In this document: positions 8,146 through 16,670 of the stretch, piece after piece
Layout: each line of letters opens with the position of its first letter
How positions within the stretch are numbered: position 1 is the stretch's first letter
Assembly (NCBI GenBank): GCA_965205975.1
Contig: OZ242195.1
Location: forward strand, 5,495,253 to 5,559,252
Origin: Candidatus Latescibacterota bacterium
Lineage (GTDB): Bacteria > Latescibacterota > UBA2968
Direction of reading: 5' to 3'
Length of the DNA stretch: 64,000 bases
The notes under the pieces: generated by a model
Told to the model about the DNA's origin: nothing
Database searches by the model: none
The model's input: only the letters and a program-made list of their open reading frames with translations
Translations under genes and position numbers: made by a program

Positions 8146-10064
8146 ATGCTTTCGCAAAAGTATTCGGAAGATGTGTTAAAAGATATTTTGATTTCGCGGG
8201 ATGACTGGCGGCCTTTTCCCACGTCGTTGACGCGCTATGCCTGGGATGCGTTGCCAGAGCGCGTTCGGCAGGCGCAAATTGCGCGGGGGAAGAACGCCTG
8301 AATTTTGACTGGCCGGGCGTGCCTGCGGTGCGGTTTTTGGATTATGCGCGCAATGGGAATCGCTCGCGATACGAGAGCCTGAGTTTTGGGCGGCGCACGG
8401 CGCTGTCCGATCTGGTTGTGGCAGAGTGTGTAGAGGGTAAAGGCCGATTTTTGGATGATATTACCAATGGTATCTGGTGTATTTGCGAGGAGTCTTTTTG
8501 GGGTGTGCCCGCGCATATTGGCGTGCAAAAGGCGGGTAGTGGTCTGCCGGATACGGCTGAGCCGATTGTCGATTTGTTTGCCGCAGAGACGTCGGAATTG
8601 CTGGCGTGGACGGTGTATTTGCTGGGCGCGCAACTCGACGCGGTTTCGCCTTTGATTGTGCCGCGTATTGCGCGTGAGATGCAATATCGCATTTTGACGC
8701 CTTTGTTGGAGCGCGAGGATTTTGGCTGGATGGGATATTCGGGTGCGCGCGTGAACAATTGGAATCCGTGGATTGTGTCGAATTGGTTGACTTCTACTTT
8801 GTTGATGGAGACCGATGAGGCGCGTCGGGTTGCTTCGGTGTTTAAGGCGATGCAGACGGTGGATCATTTTATCGATCCGTATCCGAAGGACGGGGGGTGT
8901 GACGAGGGACCGGGGTATTGGGGACGTGCGGGGGCATCGCTTTACGATTGTTTGGAGTGGCTTTACAGTGCAACGGGTGGGGCGATTGATGTGTACGATG
9001 AGCCGCTCGTTCAGAATATTGGCAAGTTTATCTATCGGGTGCAGATTGCGGATCGATATTTTATCAATTTTGCCGATGCATCGCCTGTGGTGATGCCAGC
9101 TTTTGCGGTGGTCTATGGCTATGGCAAGCGCATTGGGGATGACGCGATGGTGGCTCTCGGCGCGTGGGCTGTAAAACAACAGGGCGTTGCCGAGAAGGGT
9201 ATTTCGGAGTCTTTTGGGAGCATGGGTCGGGCTTTACCCGCGCTGTTTTCACTGAATGAGATTCTCGATGCAGATGCTGCGCCGCCGTTGCCGCGCGATG
9301 TATTTTTGGATGAGATTGAGGTGTTTGTCGCACGCGATCAAGGGGGATCGACAGATGGATTTTTTGTGGGGGCAAAGGGCGGGCACAATGCCGAGAGTCA
9401 CAATCACAATGATATCGGGCATGTGGTGGTTTATCTGGATGGTAAGCCCGTGCTTGTGGATGCGGGTGTTGAGACTTATACGGCAAAGACGTTTAGTAGT
9501 GAGCGGTATGATATTTGGACGATGCAATCCCAATATCATACGTTGCCGACGGTGAATGGACAGATGCAGATTCCCGGGCGGGTTTATTCCGAGGCGGGGA
9601 TTGATTATCACTACGATATTGCGGCTCGGGATGTGTCATACACGGCGAGTGAGACAGATGCGACGTTTGCACTGGATCTGGCGCAAGCCTATCCGCCAGA
9701 GGCTCAGATTGATTCGTGGAAGAGGACGGTTGTTTTGCATCGCGGCGAGGGTGTGACGATTGCAGACCGATATGCGTTAAAAGCCGTGACGGGCGATGTT
9801 GTGATGAATGTGTTGACGGCGTGTGGTGCCGAAGATCGCGGCGATGGGACAATTGCGTTGAAGGAGGTTGAATTGGCGGATGGTCGCGTGTCGGGTGCGG
9901 CGCGTTTGCACTGCGATGCGGATGTGTTCGATGTGGCGATTGAGGATATTGCGATTGAAGATGCGCGATTGAAGACGGTTTGGGGCGATTTGTTGCGAAG
10001 AATCACGCTGACGGTTAAGAATCCCGAGCCGCAAGGCGGATGGACGATTCGAGTGACGCGGTGA
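8146..10064 (+). pseudogene. Heparinase II/III family protein with an apparent single-base frameshift in a G5 run (8285-8289); may be an assembly error
   Basis: GGAGG + ATG 8146 frame stops at 8301; one extra G joins it to the 8319 ORF (..ARGEERLNFDWPGVPAV..). Motifs NNWNPWI, DGGCDEGPGYW, KGGHNAESHNHND, VDAG. Confidence 0.75.
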
Positions 10065-10151
10065 GACGAATAGACGAATAGACGAATCAGCGGAATGGTA
10101 CAACTGTGCCAGCAGTTCATCGACCTGTAGGAGAGGCATCCCTGCCTCGAC
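10064..10151 (+). repeat. Octamer array remnant (AGACGAAT)x3 plus a GTAG REP-like hairpin
   Basis: Octamers at 10064-10087; GTAG-GA-GAGGCA-TCCC-TGCCTC at 10127-10151. Confidence 0.7.
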
Positions 10152-10184
10152 TTTACAGCTTTATAATACATTTCAGAAGTCAAG

Positions 10185-10219
10185 AAGGAGCAAGGTCATA
10201 AAAGCTTGCTCCTTTTTTT
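10185..10219 (+). terminator. Intrinsic terminator
   Basis: AAGGAGCAAG-N10-CTTGCTCCTT followed by a T run, between convergent genes. Confidence 0.75.
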
Positions 10220-10221
10220 GC

Positions 10222-11316
10222 TTATTCGATTAAGGCTTCGGAGATGGCGTCGTGGAATTCGGGGCGGAGATGGGCAATTTGGTTGTTTTCGCGGGTGGGG
10301 TGTACGCGGTTGGTGAGGAGGATGACGCCGAGGTCTCGTATGGGGTCTCCCCATACGGATGTGCCGGTGAATCCGAGGATGCCAAAGGATTTGTCGCTAA
10401 AGTAACGGCCGCTCGAACTTGCGCCGGGTGAGACTGTGTCCCAGCCGAGTGCCCAGGTGCTGTTGGGCGCGAGGTTGGCGCAGGTGGTGAATTGTGGAAT
10501 GCTCCGTTTGGGAAAGCTGCCTGCGCCGAGCCATGCGAGCAGGCATTTCGATAGGTCCTGCGCTGTGGAAAACAGACCGGCGTGGGGGGCGATACCACCC
10601 ATTGCGGCGGTGTTCTCATCGTGGACTTCACCGTGGACGAGGTGGTCGCGCAAGTCGGAGCCGTTTTCAGTGGGCGCAATGCGGTGTTTGAGATGGGGCG
10701 GTGGACAGTACAATGTGTCGTTCATTTTGAGCGGTTCGAATATGTGCTGTTTGACGAGGTGATCCAGACGGTGGCCGCCGATGGTTTCGAGGACTTTACC
10801 CAGGGTGAGAAAGCCCAGGTCGCTGTACACGGTGTCTGCGCCGGGTTCATAAGTTAAGGGGTGTTGGCACGCCGCGTTGAGCATGGCATCGCGGATGTCA
10901 ATATCGTGCGTTTTGCGTTGGTTTTCGTATAGGTGAACATGTGCGGGCAGGCCGCTGCAATGGGCGAGTAGGTGCCGGACTGTGACGCGATTTTTGTTCT
11001 TGCCGGTGAAGGAGGGTACATAATATTGCACGGGTGCGTCGAGGTCCAGACGATCTCGATCGACAAATAACATGCAGAGCGTTGTGGTGGCGATGACTTT
11101 GGTGACGGAAGCGAGGTCGTAGAGGGTGTTGATTTGCACGGGTGTGGCGTTGGGTTGATAGGTATGGTGGCCCACAGCCCAGCAGGTGACGATGCCCGCA
11201 CGGCGCAGGACGAGACCGACAGCACCGGGGGTGGTGCGGGTATGCACATGGTGTTGTAATACTTGACGGGCGCGGTCGAGTTTTTGAGAATCAAAACCGA
11301 GTTGTTCGGGTGTCAT
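10222..11316 (-). CDS. Serine hydrolase, beta-lactamase class C-like family
   Basis: YDLASVTK (SxxK), LLAHCSGL, YSDLGF, GEVHDEN, HAGLFS, GFTGTS, LLTNRVHP. Confidence 0.9.
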   Translation of the reverse strand: MTPEQLGFDSQKLDRARQVLQHHVHTRTTPGAVGLVLRRAGIVTCWAVGHHTYQPNATPVQINTLYDLASVTKVIATTTLCMLFVDRDRLDLDAPVQYYVPSFTGKNKNRVTVRHLLAHCSGLPAHVHLYENQRKTHDIDIRDAMLNAACQHPLTYEPGADTVYSDLGFLTLGKVLETIGGHRLDHLVKQHIFEPLKMNDTLYCPPPHLKHRIAPTENGSDLRDHLVHGEVHDENTAAMGGIAPHAGLFSTAQDLSKCLLAWLGAGSFPKRSIPQFTTCANLAPNSTWALGWDTVSPGASSSGRYFSDKSFGILGFTGTSVWGDPIRDLGVILLTNRVHPTRENNQIAHLRPEFHDAISEALIE

Positions 11317-11408
11317 TGTGAAGTGTGAAGGATGAAGTGTGAAGGGTGACGTAGGGACGAAAAATTTTTCGCCCGTCCATAATGTAGGGACGATCTCTCT
11401 TGGTCGCC
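11317..11408 (+). repeat. Heptamer array (TGTGAAG-like x4-5) followed by two GTAG REP-like hairpins
   Basis: Heptamers 11317-11350; GTAG-GGACGAAAAATTTTTCGCCC-GT at 11351-11376; weaker GTAG copy at 11384-11408. Confidence 0.7.
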
Positions 11409-11443
11409 TACTCCTAATTTTTAATTCTTAATGCACCAGCCTC

Positions 11444-11472
11444 TTGCACGTAGCATTTCTGTGTTCTATATT
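11444..11472 (+). promoter_or_regulatory. Candidate sigma-70 promoter for the CutA-fusion genes
   Basis: TTGCAC-17 bp-TATATT, about 50 bp upstream of ATG 11524. Confidence 0.5.
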
Positions 11473-11523
11473 GGTAAAATAAAAGATAAAAGCAAAGGAA
11501 AATTGACGGGGAAAGGTCGTTTT

Positions 11524-12171
11524 ATGAGATATCGACATATCTTTGGAGTAGGCGCATTTATCGCTTTGTTTTTTGCGATGTGTATGCCCGCTGAGGGACA
11601 GGTGAATGTGGAACGGCTCGAGAGCATTGCGCGACATGTGGCGCGGGCGGTTTTAGCTGAGGGGGATTCTCTGACGGCAGAGCAGGTTGCATGGGTCGAG
11701 CGCATGACCGCGCAATTGGCGGAGGATGCAGCATTTCTCGACGAACAAAAACAGCGGTTGGAAGAGATGCGCATGGAAAGAGATGCGTCGATTCGGAATA
11801 TCGCGAGTCAGATTGCCAAAGGGATCGGTGTTCTGATTGCTCTGCTGGTTTTGTGGGCGATTTTTCGTGTCTTTAGAAGGGGGTTGCGTGCCGAGTCGGG
11901 AGATGATCCTCTTGGGGTGTTGATTGCGATGCGCACAGAAGCGCGGGCGCAGAAACTCGGCGAGGTGCTTGTTGAAGAAAATTTGGCGACGGGGGGAACT
12001 GTTGCGCCGAGTATCCGTTCAATCTATCGCCGGGAGGATGGGGTGCGAGAAGCTGCGGAGGCGATGGTTTTTTTGAAGACGACGCGTGCACAATTAAGCA
12101 ATTTGATGGACCGAGCAGAGGAATTGGGTGGGGGCAAGACGCCAGAACTCGTTGTGATACGCGAGGTGTGA
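11524..12171 (+). CDS. Membrane protein: signal peptide, helical ectodomain, TM helix, degenerate CutA-like domain
   Basis: C-terminal AQKLGEVLVEENLA..SIY..E..FLKTT..TPELVVI matches the CutA pattern; TM GIGVLIALLVLWAIF followed by RR; GAAAGG upstream. Confidence 0.7.
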   Translation: MRYRHIFGVGAFIALFFAMCMPAEGQVNVERLESIARHVARAVLAEGDSLTAEQVAWVERMTAQLAEDAAFLDEQKQRLEEMRMERDASIRNIASQIAKGIGVLIALLVLWAIFRVFRRGLRAESGDDPLGVLIAMRTEARAQKLGEVLVEENLATGGTVAPSIRSIYRREDGVREAAEAMVFLKTTRAQLSNLMDRAEELGGGKTPELVVIREV

Positions 12172-12175
12172 GAGT

Positions 12176-12204
12176 ATAGGGGCGGTGCCCCAGTGCCCGC
12201 CCGT
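12176..12204 (+). repeat. REP copy (ATAG variant)
   Basis: ATAGGGGCGGTGCCCCAGTGCCCGCCCGT differs at two positions from the reverse complement of 20258-20286. Confidence 0.75.
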
Positions 12205-12221
12205 GAAAGGATACCCATAGT

Positions 12222-12899
12222 ATGTTAAGAGTATGGACCGTCATTCTGTTAGGGTTTTGTTTTGCTGTGTCCTCAGGCGCTGAGGAAGAGGATGCTTCGC
12301 GTATTGCGCGGGAGATGATTCGCTCTCTGTATGGCTCTGAGCGCGTGAAGCCGTTGCCACCCGTGGCGAATGCACAGGTGCGCGTTATTGCGAGAAGGTT
12401 GGTTGCGGAGTCAGACGAGCGTTTTCAGCACGCGTTTTTTCAGGCGGGGGATCGGGAGCAGGGCGCGTTTTTCAGCGGGCTAATGAAGCATATTGCTATC
12501 GGGGTGATGATTTGTCTGGTGTTTTTTGTGGTGCATACGGTTGTGCGAAAGCTCGATGCGGCGCGGCGTCTGGGGAAAACAGATCGCGATGTCGCAGTTC
12601 AAGGTGGGTTGCGAAATGCGCCTTGTATTCTGGCTCTTCCCATGCCATCTGAGGCGGAGGCAAGTCGCGTTGGGCACGCGCTTGTTGCCGAGCGATTGGC
12701 CGCGCGTGTGGATGTTTTTTCGCAGTATTTTTTGTCGCCGGATCGGGATGGAGGTACTGTGCTGTTTGTGATGACTGTAAAAGGCCGCTTGAGATCACTG
12801 AAAAAACGGTTGGGGAATGTGTCTATCTCATTTCCCGTGTCGCACGGTCACAGGTCCTATTTGACGTGGATTGCCGACGCGGCTGATGGGAGAGGGTGA
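12222..12899 (+). CDS. Membrane protein: signal peptide, helical ectodomain, TM helix, degenerate CutA-like domain
   Basis: EAEASRVGHALVAERLAA.V and the terminal FPVSHGHRSYLTWI match CutA; TM IAIGVMICLVFFVVHTVV followed by RK. Confidence 0.7.
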   Translation: MLRVWTVILLGFCFAVSSGAEEEDASRIAREMIRSLYGSERVKPLPPVANAQVRVIARRLVAESDERFQHAFFQAGDREQGAFFSGLMKHIAIGVMICLVFFVVHTVVRKLDAARRLGKTDRDVAVQGGLRNAPCILALPMPSEAEASRVGHALVAERLAARVDVFSQYFLSPDRDGGTVLFVMTVKGRLRSLKKRLGNVSISFPVSHGHRSYLTWIADAADGRG

Positions 12900-12950
12900 A
12901 AGGCGAAAGGTATCCGCAGATGGACGCAGATGGACGCAGATGAGAGGATG
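12893..12950 (+). repeat. Heptamer pair plus 10-bp tandem repeat (CGCAGATGGA)x3
   Basis: GGTGAAA GGCGAAA then TATCCGCAGATGGACGCAGATGGACGCAGATG. Confidence 0.75.
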
Positions 12951-12982
12951 AAGATCGGGAGGTATTCAGGACATTTTGGGAG

Positions 12983-13405
12983 TTGATCATGCGTGTATTC
13001 AGATATGTTCTCTTATTTTTTCTGGCAATAGTTATAATTATTCGATTTGAAACCTGGTTAGATACTTTTTTGCCTACCGAAATTAGCGACCTGTTCTCGA
13101 TATTTCTTGTAGTTGCTGTTATTTCTATATTTTGGGGTCGAAAAAATAAATTTCAACGTTGGTTTGACGATTTATTGCATCGCGTCAATAAAACGCGCGG
13201 TCCTCTTTTCCGAAAATTGCGTGTTGTGACCACTGTCATAGGCCATATTGTTATTCTGGGATATTTGGCTCCCTGGTATTTGCCTGTCTTATTTGGAAGT
13301 ACGACGCCGGGAAATTATACGGGTAAGGCTGGGATATATAGGGCTTTATGGCTGGGGTTTCGGACAATCTCAGGTGTTTGGGCTTGTATAAGTTTGAAAA
13401 TTTGA
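12983..13405 (+). CDS. Hypothetical AT-rich membrane protein
   Basis: 140-aa ORF with 3-4 hydrophobic segments; visibly lower GC than its neighbours. Confidence 0.5.
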   Translation: MIMRVFRYVLLFFLAIVIIIRFETWLDTFLPTEISDLFSIFLVVAVISIFWGRKNKFQRWFDDLLHRVNKTRGPLFRKLRVVTTVIGHIVILGYLAPWYLPVLFGSTTPGNYTGKAGIYRALWLGFRTISGVWACISLKI

Positions 13406-13439
13406 TATTTTAAAAAAGAAAACGGTCTGGCACTCTTCT

Positions 13440-13865
13440 ATGCGAATTATCTTGGATACCAATGTGCTTGTTTCTGCACTGCGATCAGACTTGGGGGCTT
13501 CATATAAGATTATATCTCAATTGCCTTCCGAGAATTTTCAGATCGCTCTGACGGTACCTTTGTATTTGGAGTATCAAGATGTTCTTACACGTCCAGAAAA
13601 CATGACTGGTGCGAGTAACCGAAATGACATTCTCAACTTTCTTCGTTATCTGTGCAGCATTGCACATCAACAAAAAGTGTTCTTTCTATGGCGTCCCAGG
13701 CTTGACGATCCAGAAGATGATATGGTGTTAGAAGCAGCTATAGCTTCTCAAAGTCTTTATATTGTCACTCACAATCTCCGTCATTTTTCTGACCGTGGTA
13801 TTGAGGAACAATTCGGTATTACGCCTGTCAGCCCTCGGACCTTTCTACATCTTATTGAGGATTAA
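13440..13865 (+). CDS. PIN-domain toxin (VapC-like)
   Basis: IILDTNVLVSAL, LYLEY, DDPEDDMVLEAA, IVTHNLRHF. Confidence 0.9.
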   Translation: MRIILDTNVLVSALRSDLGASYKIISQLPSENFQIALTVPLYLEYQDVLTRPENMTGASNRNDILNFLRYLCSIAHQQKVFFLWRPRLDDPEDDMVLEAAIASQSLYIVTHNLRHFSDRGIEEQFGITPVSPRTFLHLIED

Positions 13866-13870
13866 GAACG

Positions 13871-14107
13871 ATGGGTGCATTCACTATTCACTTGCCAAAT
13901 TCACTGCATGACAAAATCGAAGAACTGGCCAAAGCAGAAGGTTTATCGGTCAATCAGTTTATGGTGACCGCTGCTGCTGAAAAGATAGCTGCATTACTTC
14001 CAGAGGACTATCTAACTCAAGAGGCGAAACAAGGCAAACGTGCGGATTTTGAAAAAGTCTTAAAGGCCGTTCCCCACATTGAACCAGAAGAACACGACCG
14101 GCTCTGA
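13871..14107 (+). CDS. Ribbon-helix-helix (HicB-like) antitoxin
   Basis: FTIHLPNSLH..IEELAKAEGLSVNQF..AAAEKI; 5 bp downstream of the PIN gene. Confidence 0.85.
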   Translation: MGAFTIHLPNSLHDKIEELAKAEGLSVNQFMVTAAAEKIAALLPEDYLTQEAKQGKRADFEKVLKAVPHIEPEEHDRL

Positions 14108-14332
14108 ATATATGCCATCTTTCTGACTTGAACCATCCGTCCCTGTCTGGATCAGCATGGGCAAAATTCTTCTGTCGGAGCGGTGTACAACTTTAACAGA
14201 AGTTCACCATTATTTAGGATACCCCCCCCCACCTCCTGAGCCTCGTTGTTCTATCTATCCTCTCATCCTCACCCATCCTGTAATATCTCTGCTTGTCCTA
14301 AAACTTTTCAATGTTCATAAAGTGGGAAATCT

Positions 14333-15244
14333 ATGTACATTCCAGAAACCTTATCGTCTAACCCAAAATGGGCTGAATGGATCGAACAGTTGCCAGATAT
14401 CGTCGCTGCGTGTGCAAAGCGGTGGGATCTTCGCATTGAAGATCCTATGACAGAAGATTATGCCGAGATGTCCTATAGCTATATCGCACCGGCGACGGAT
14501 GCGAAGGGGACAGAGGTTGTTCTGAAAATTGGCTCGCCTCAGCAACTGGCGGAAATTTGGCAACAAGAGTGCCACGCGCTGCAACTTTGCAATGGTGATG
14601 GTACGGTTAAGTTGCTCGATTTTGACGAGGCGTTGGGCGTGCTGATGCTCGAGCGCATCCGTCCAGGTGTTCCTCTTGGTGTTTGCCCGGATGACGAGAA
14701 GAATACGCGCATTGCCGCTCGGCTGATGAAAAAGTTCTGGCGACCCGTTCCGAAAGTTCACAGTTTTCGACCGACGGCTTATGAGATAGATGGCTTTGAT
14801 AAGTTGCGCAAAAAATACAATGGCGGCACCGGACCGTTGCCCGAAAAATGGGTTGTGCGCGCCGAAACACTTTACGATGAGTTGATGAGTACCAGTACAG
14901 AAACGGTTGTTTTGCACGGCGATTTGCATCACTGGAATATCTTGAGTGCTGAGCGCGAACCCTATCTCGTTATTGATCCCAAAGGTTATTTTGGCGATCC
15001 GGGTTACGAGGTCGGTGCTTTTTTGGCGAATTATCCCGATGCTTCCTGTGATGGATGTGACCGGGGTGAAATTGATGTTCGCCGCGTGGAGATTATGGCG
15101 AAAGAATTGGATATTCCGTGCGAGCGAATTATCAAATGGGGTCTGGTTTTGGCTCTAATTTGGGCGAGATGGAGTGCGGATACGCCCGAAGAATTTTGGC
15201 GTACAAGTATTAATCGCGCCCAGACGTTGGATCAGTTGCTTTAG
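14333..15244 (+). CDS. Aminoglycoside/hydroxyurea kinase family (APH(6)-like) phosphotransferase
   Basis: VVLKI, LMLERI.PG, LHGDLHHWNIL, IDPKG. Confidence 0.85.
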   Translation: MYIPETLSSNPKWAEWIEQLPDIVAACAKRWDLRIEDPMTEDYAEMSYSYIAPATDAKGTEVVLKIGSPQQLAEIWQQECHALQLCNGDGTVKLLDFDEALGVLMLERIRPGVPLGVCPDDEKNTRIAARLMKKFWRPVPKVHSFRPTAYEIDGFDKLRKKYNGGTGPLPEKWVVRAETLYDELMSTSTETVVLHGDLHHWNILSAEREPYLVIDPKGYFGDPGYEVGAFLANYPDASCDGCDRGEIDVRRVEIMAKELDIPCERIIKWGLVLALIWARWSADTPEEFWRTSINRAQTLDQLL

Positions 15245-15281
15245 ATGATGTATCATATCACACGAACCGTAAGGAGATTTT

Positions 15282-16670
15282 ATGTCTGACCGTCCAAATA
15301 TTCTGGTGATTATGTCCGATGAGCACGACCCGGCAGTGATGGGGTGTTATGGCGATTCTATTGTGCAAACGCCGCATATGGATCGACTATCAGAAGAGGG
15401 TATTGTGTTTGATGCGGCTTATACGACTTCACCGCTTTGCGCGCCTGCGCGTGCGAGTTTTACGGCGGTGCAATACGTGAGTCGCTGTGGGGTGTGGACC
15501 AATGATTGTCAGTTGCCTTCTGACGATTATCCTTCGCTGCCTCACGCGCTGAATGCGGTGGGTTATGAATGCTGGCTGGGTGGCAAGATGCATTTTGCGG
15601 GGGCGCATCGCTATGGTTTTCGCGATGTTTATCCCGGTGCGAATCAGGGGGACAGGAGTGGGAAGGGCGGGCGGCGCGCGTTCGATGATATGCGGGAATC
15701 AGCACGCGGTTGGGAAGGGCGGGTGGCGGCTTTTAAGACGAGTGATACATCGCCCATTTTGGAGAAGGACCGAAAGGTGACGGCGGAGTGCAGTGCGTTT
15801 TTGCAGAATCGGTCGGCGGATGATAAGCCGTTCTTTTTGCTGGCAGGTTATCTGGCGCCGCATTTTCCCTTGACTATTCCAGAAGCGTATTACGCGCCTT
15901 ACAAAGACAAGGTGCCCATGCCCGAGATTCCCGAGGGGTTTTTGGAGACGTTGCCGACCAATTACAAGCATTTGCGAGCCGGGTTTGGCGTGACAAAGGC
16001 GACGCCCGAGCAGACGAAGTTAGGGCGAGAGCTTTACTGGGGCTTTGTGAATTGGCTGGACGACGAGATCGGCAAGTTGCTCGCCGCGCTCAATGATTCC
16101 GAAGTGGCGGATAATACAATTGTGATTTACTGCACGGATCACGGCGAGAACAAGGGCGATCACGGGTTGTGGTGGAAGAACAATATGTATGAGCACGCTT
16201 CGCGGACGCCGCTGATCGTGTCCTTTCCAAAACGCTGGGCAGGTGGGCAGCGGCGGATGGGTGTGTGTTCGCTTGTGGATCTGGCGCAGACAATAGCGGA
16301 GATCGGCGGGGCGGAACGGTCAGATGACTGGGATGGCGAGTCGCTGCTCAATTATCTGGACGATGGGAATAGCGATTGGCGGGATATTGCGGTGAGCGAA
16401 TACTACGCCCACAATATTGCGTCGGGCATGGCGATGATTCGGCAGGGGCCGTGGAAGTACGTGTATCACACGCGGTTTGACGAGGTACATGGACCCGAAC
16501 GCGAGTTGTACAATTTGGAAGAGGATGCCGGGGAATTTAACAATCTGGCAAATGATCCCGCGCAGGCAGATCGCATCGCGCAATTGCACGATTTGTTGAC
16601 GAGGGAGTTGAGACGCGATCCCGAAGAGGCCGAGGCGCAAAGCCGAGCGGATTTGGCGAAGGGGTATTGA
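15282..16670 (+). CDS. Cys-type sulfatase (choline-sulfatase-like)
   Basis: RPNILVIMSDEH, SPLCAPARAS, GKMHF, TDHGE..GDHG; AAGGAG upstream. Confidence 0.92.
   Translation: MSDRPNILVIMSDEHDPAVMGCYGDSIVQTPHMDRLSEEGIVFDAAYTTSPLCAPARASFTAVQYVSRCGVWTNDCQLPSDDYPSLPHALNAVGYECWLGGKMHFAGAHRYGFRDVYPGANQGDRSGKGGRRAFDDMRESARGWEGRVAAFKTSDTSPILEKDRKVTAECSAFLQNRSADDKPFFLLAGYLAPHFPLTIPEAYYAPYKDKVPMPEIPEGFLETLPTNYKHLRAGFGVTKATPEQTKLGRELYWGFVNWLDDEIGKLLAALNDSEVADNTIVIYCTDHGENKGDHGLWWKNNMYEHASRTPLIVSFPKRWAGGQRRMGVCSLVDLAQTIAEIGGAERSDDWDGESLLNYLDDGNSDWRDIAVSEYYAHNIASGMAMIRQGPWKYVYHTRFDEVHGPERELYNLEEDAGEFNNLANDPAQADRIAQLHDLLTRELRRDPEEAEAQSRADLAKGY

Noticed and set aside
10222..11316. Beta-lactamase as an antibiotic-resistance gene
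   Set aside because: Motifs (YSD, GEVHDEN) fit the broad esterase/serine-hydrolase branch; no signal peptide and no mobile context
13428..13444. TGGCAC upstream of the PIN gene as a sigma-54 promoter
   Set aside because: GG to GC spacing is one base too long and it overlaps the start codon
14157..14450. 97-aa ORF containing a C9 run
   Set aside because: Low-complexity intergenic sequence overlapping the kinase start; no family resemblance and no evidence for phase variation
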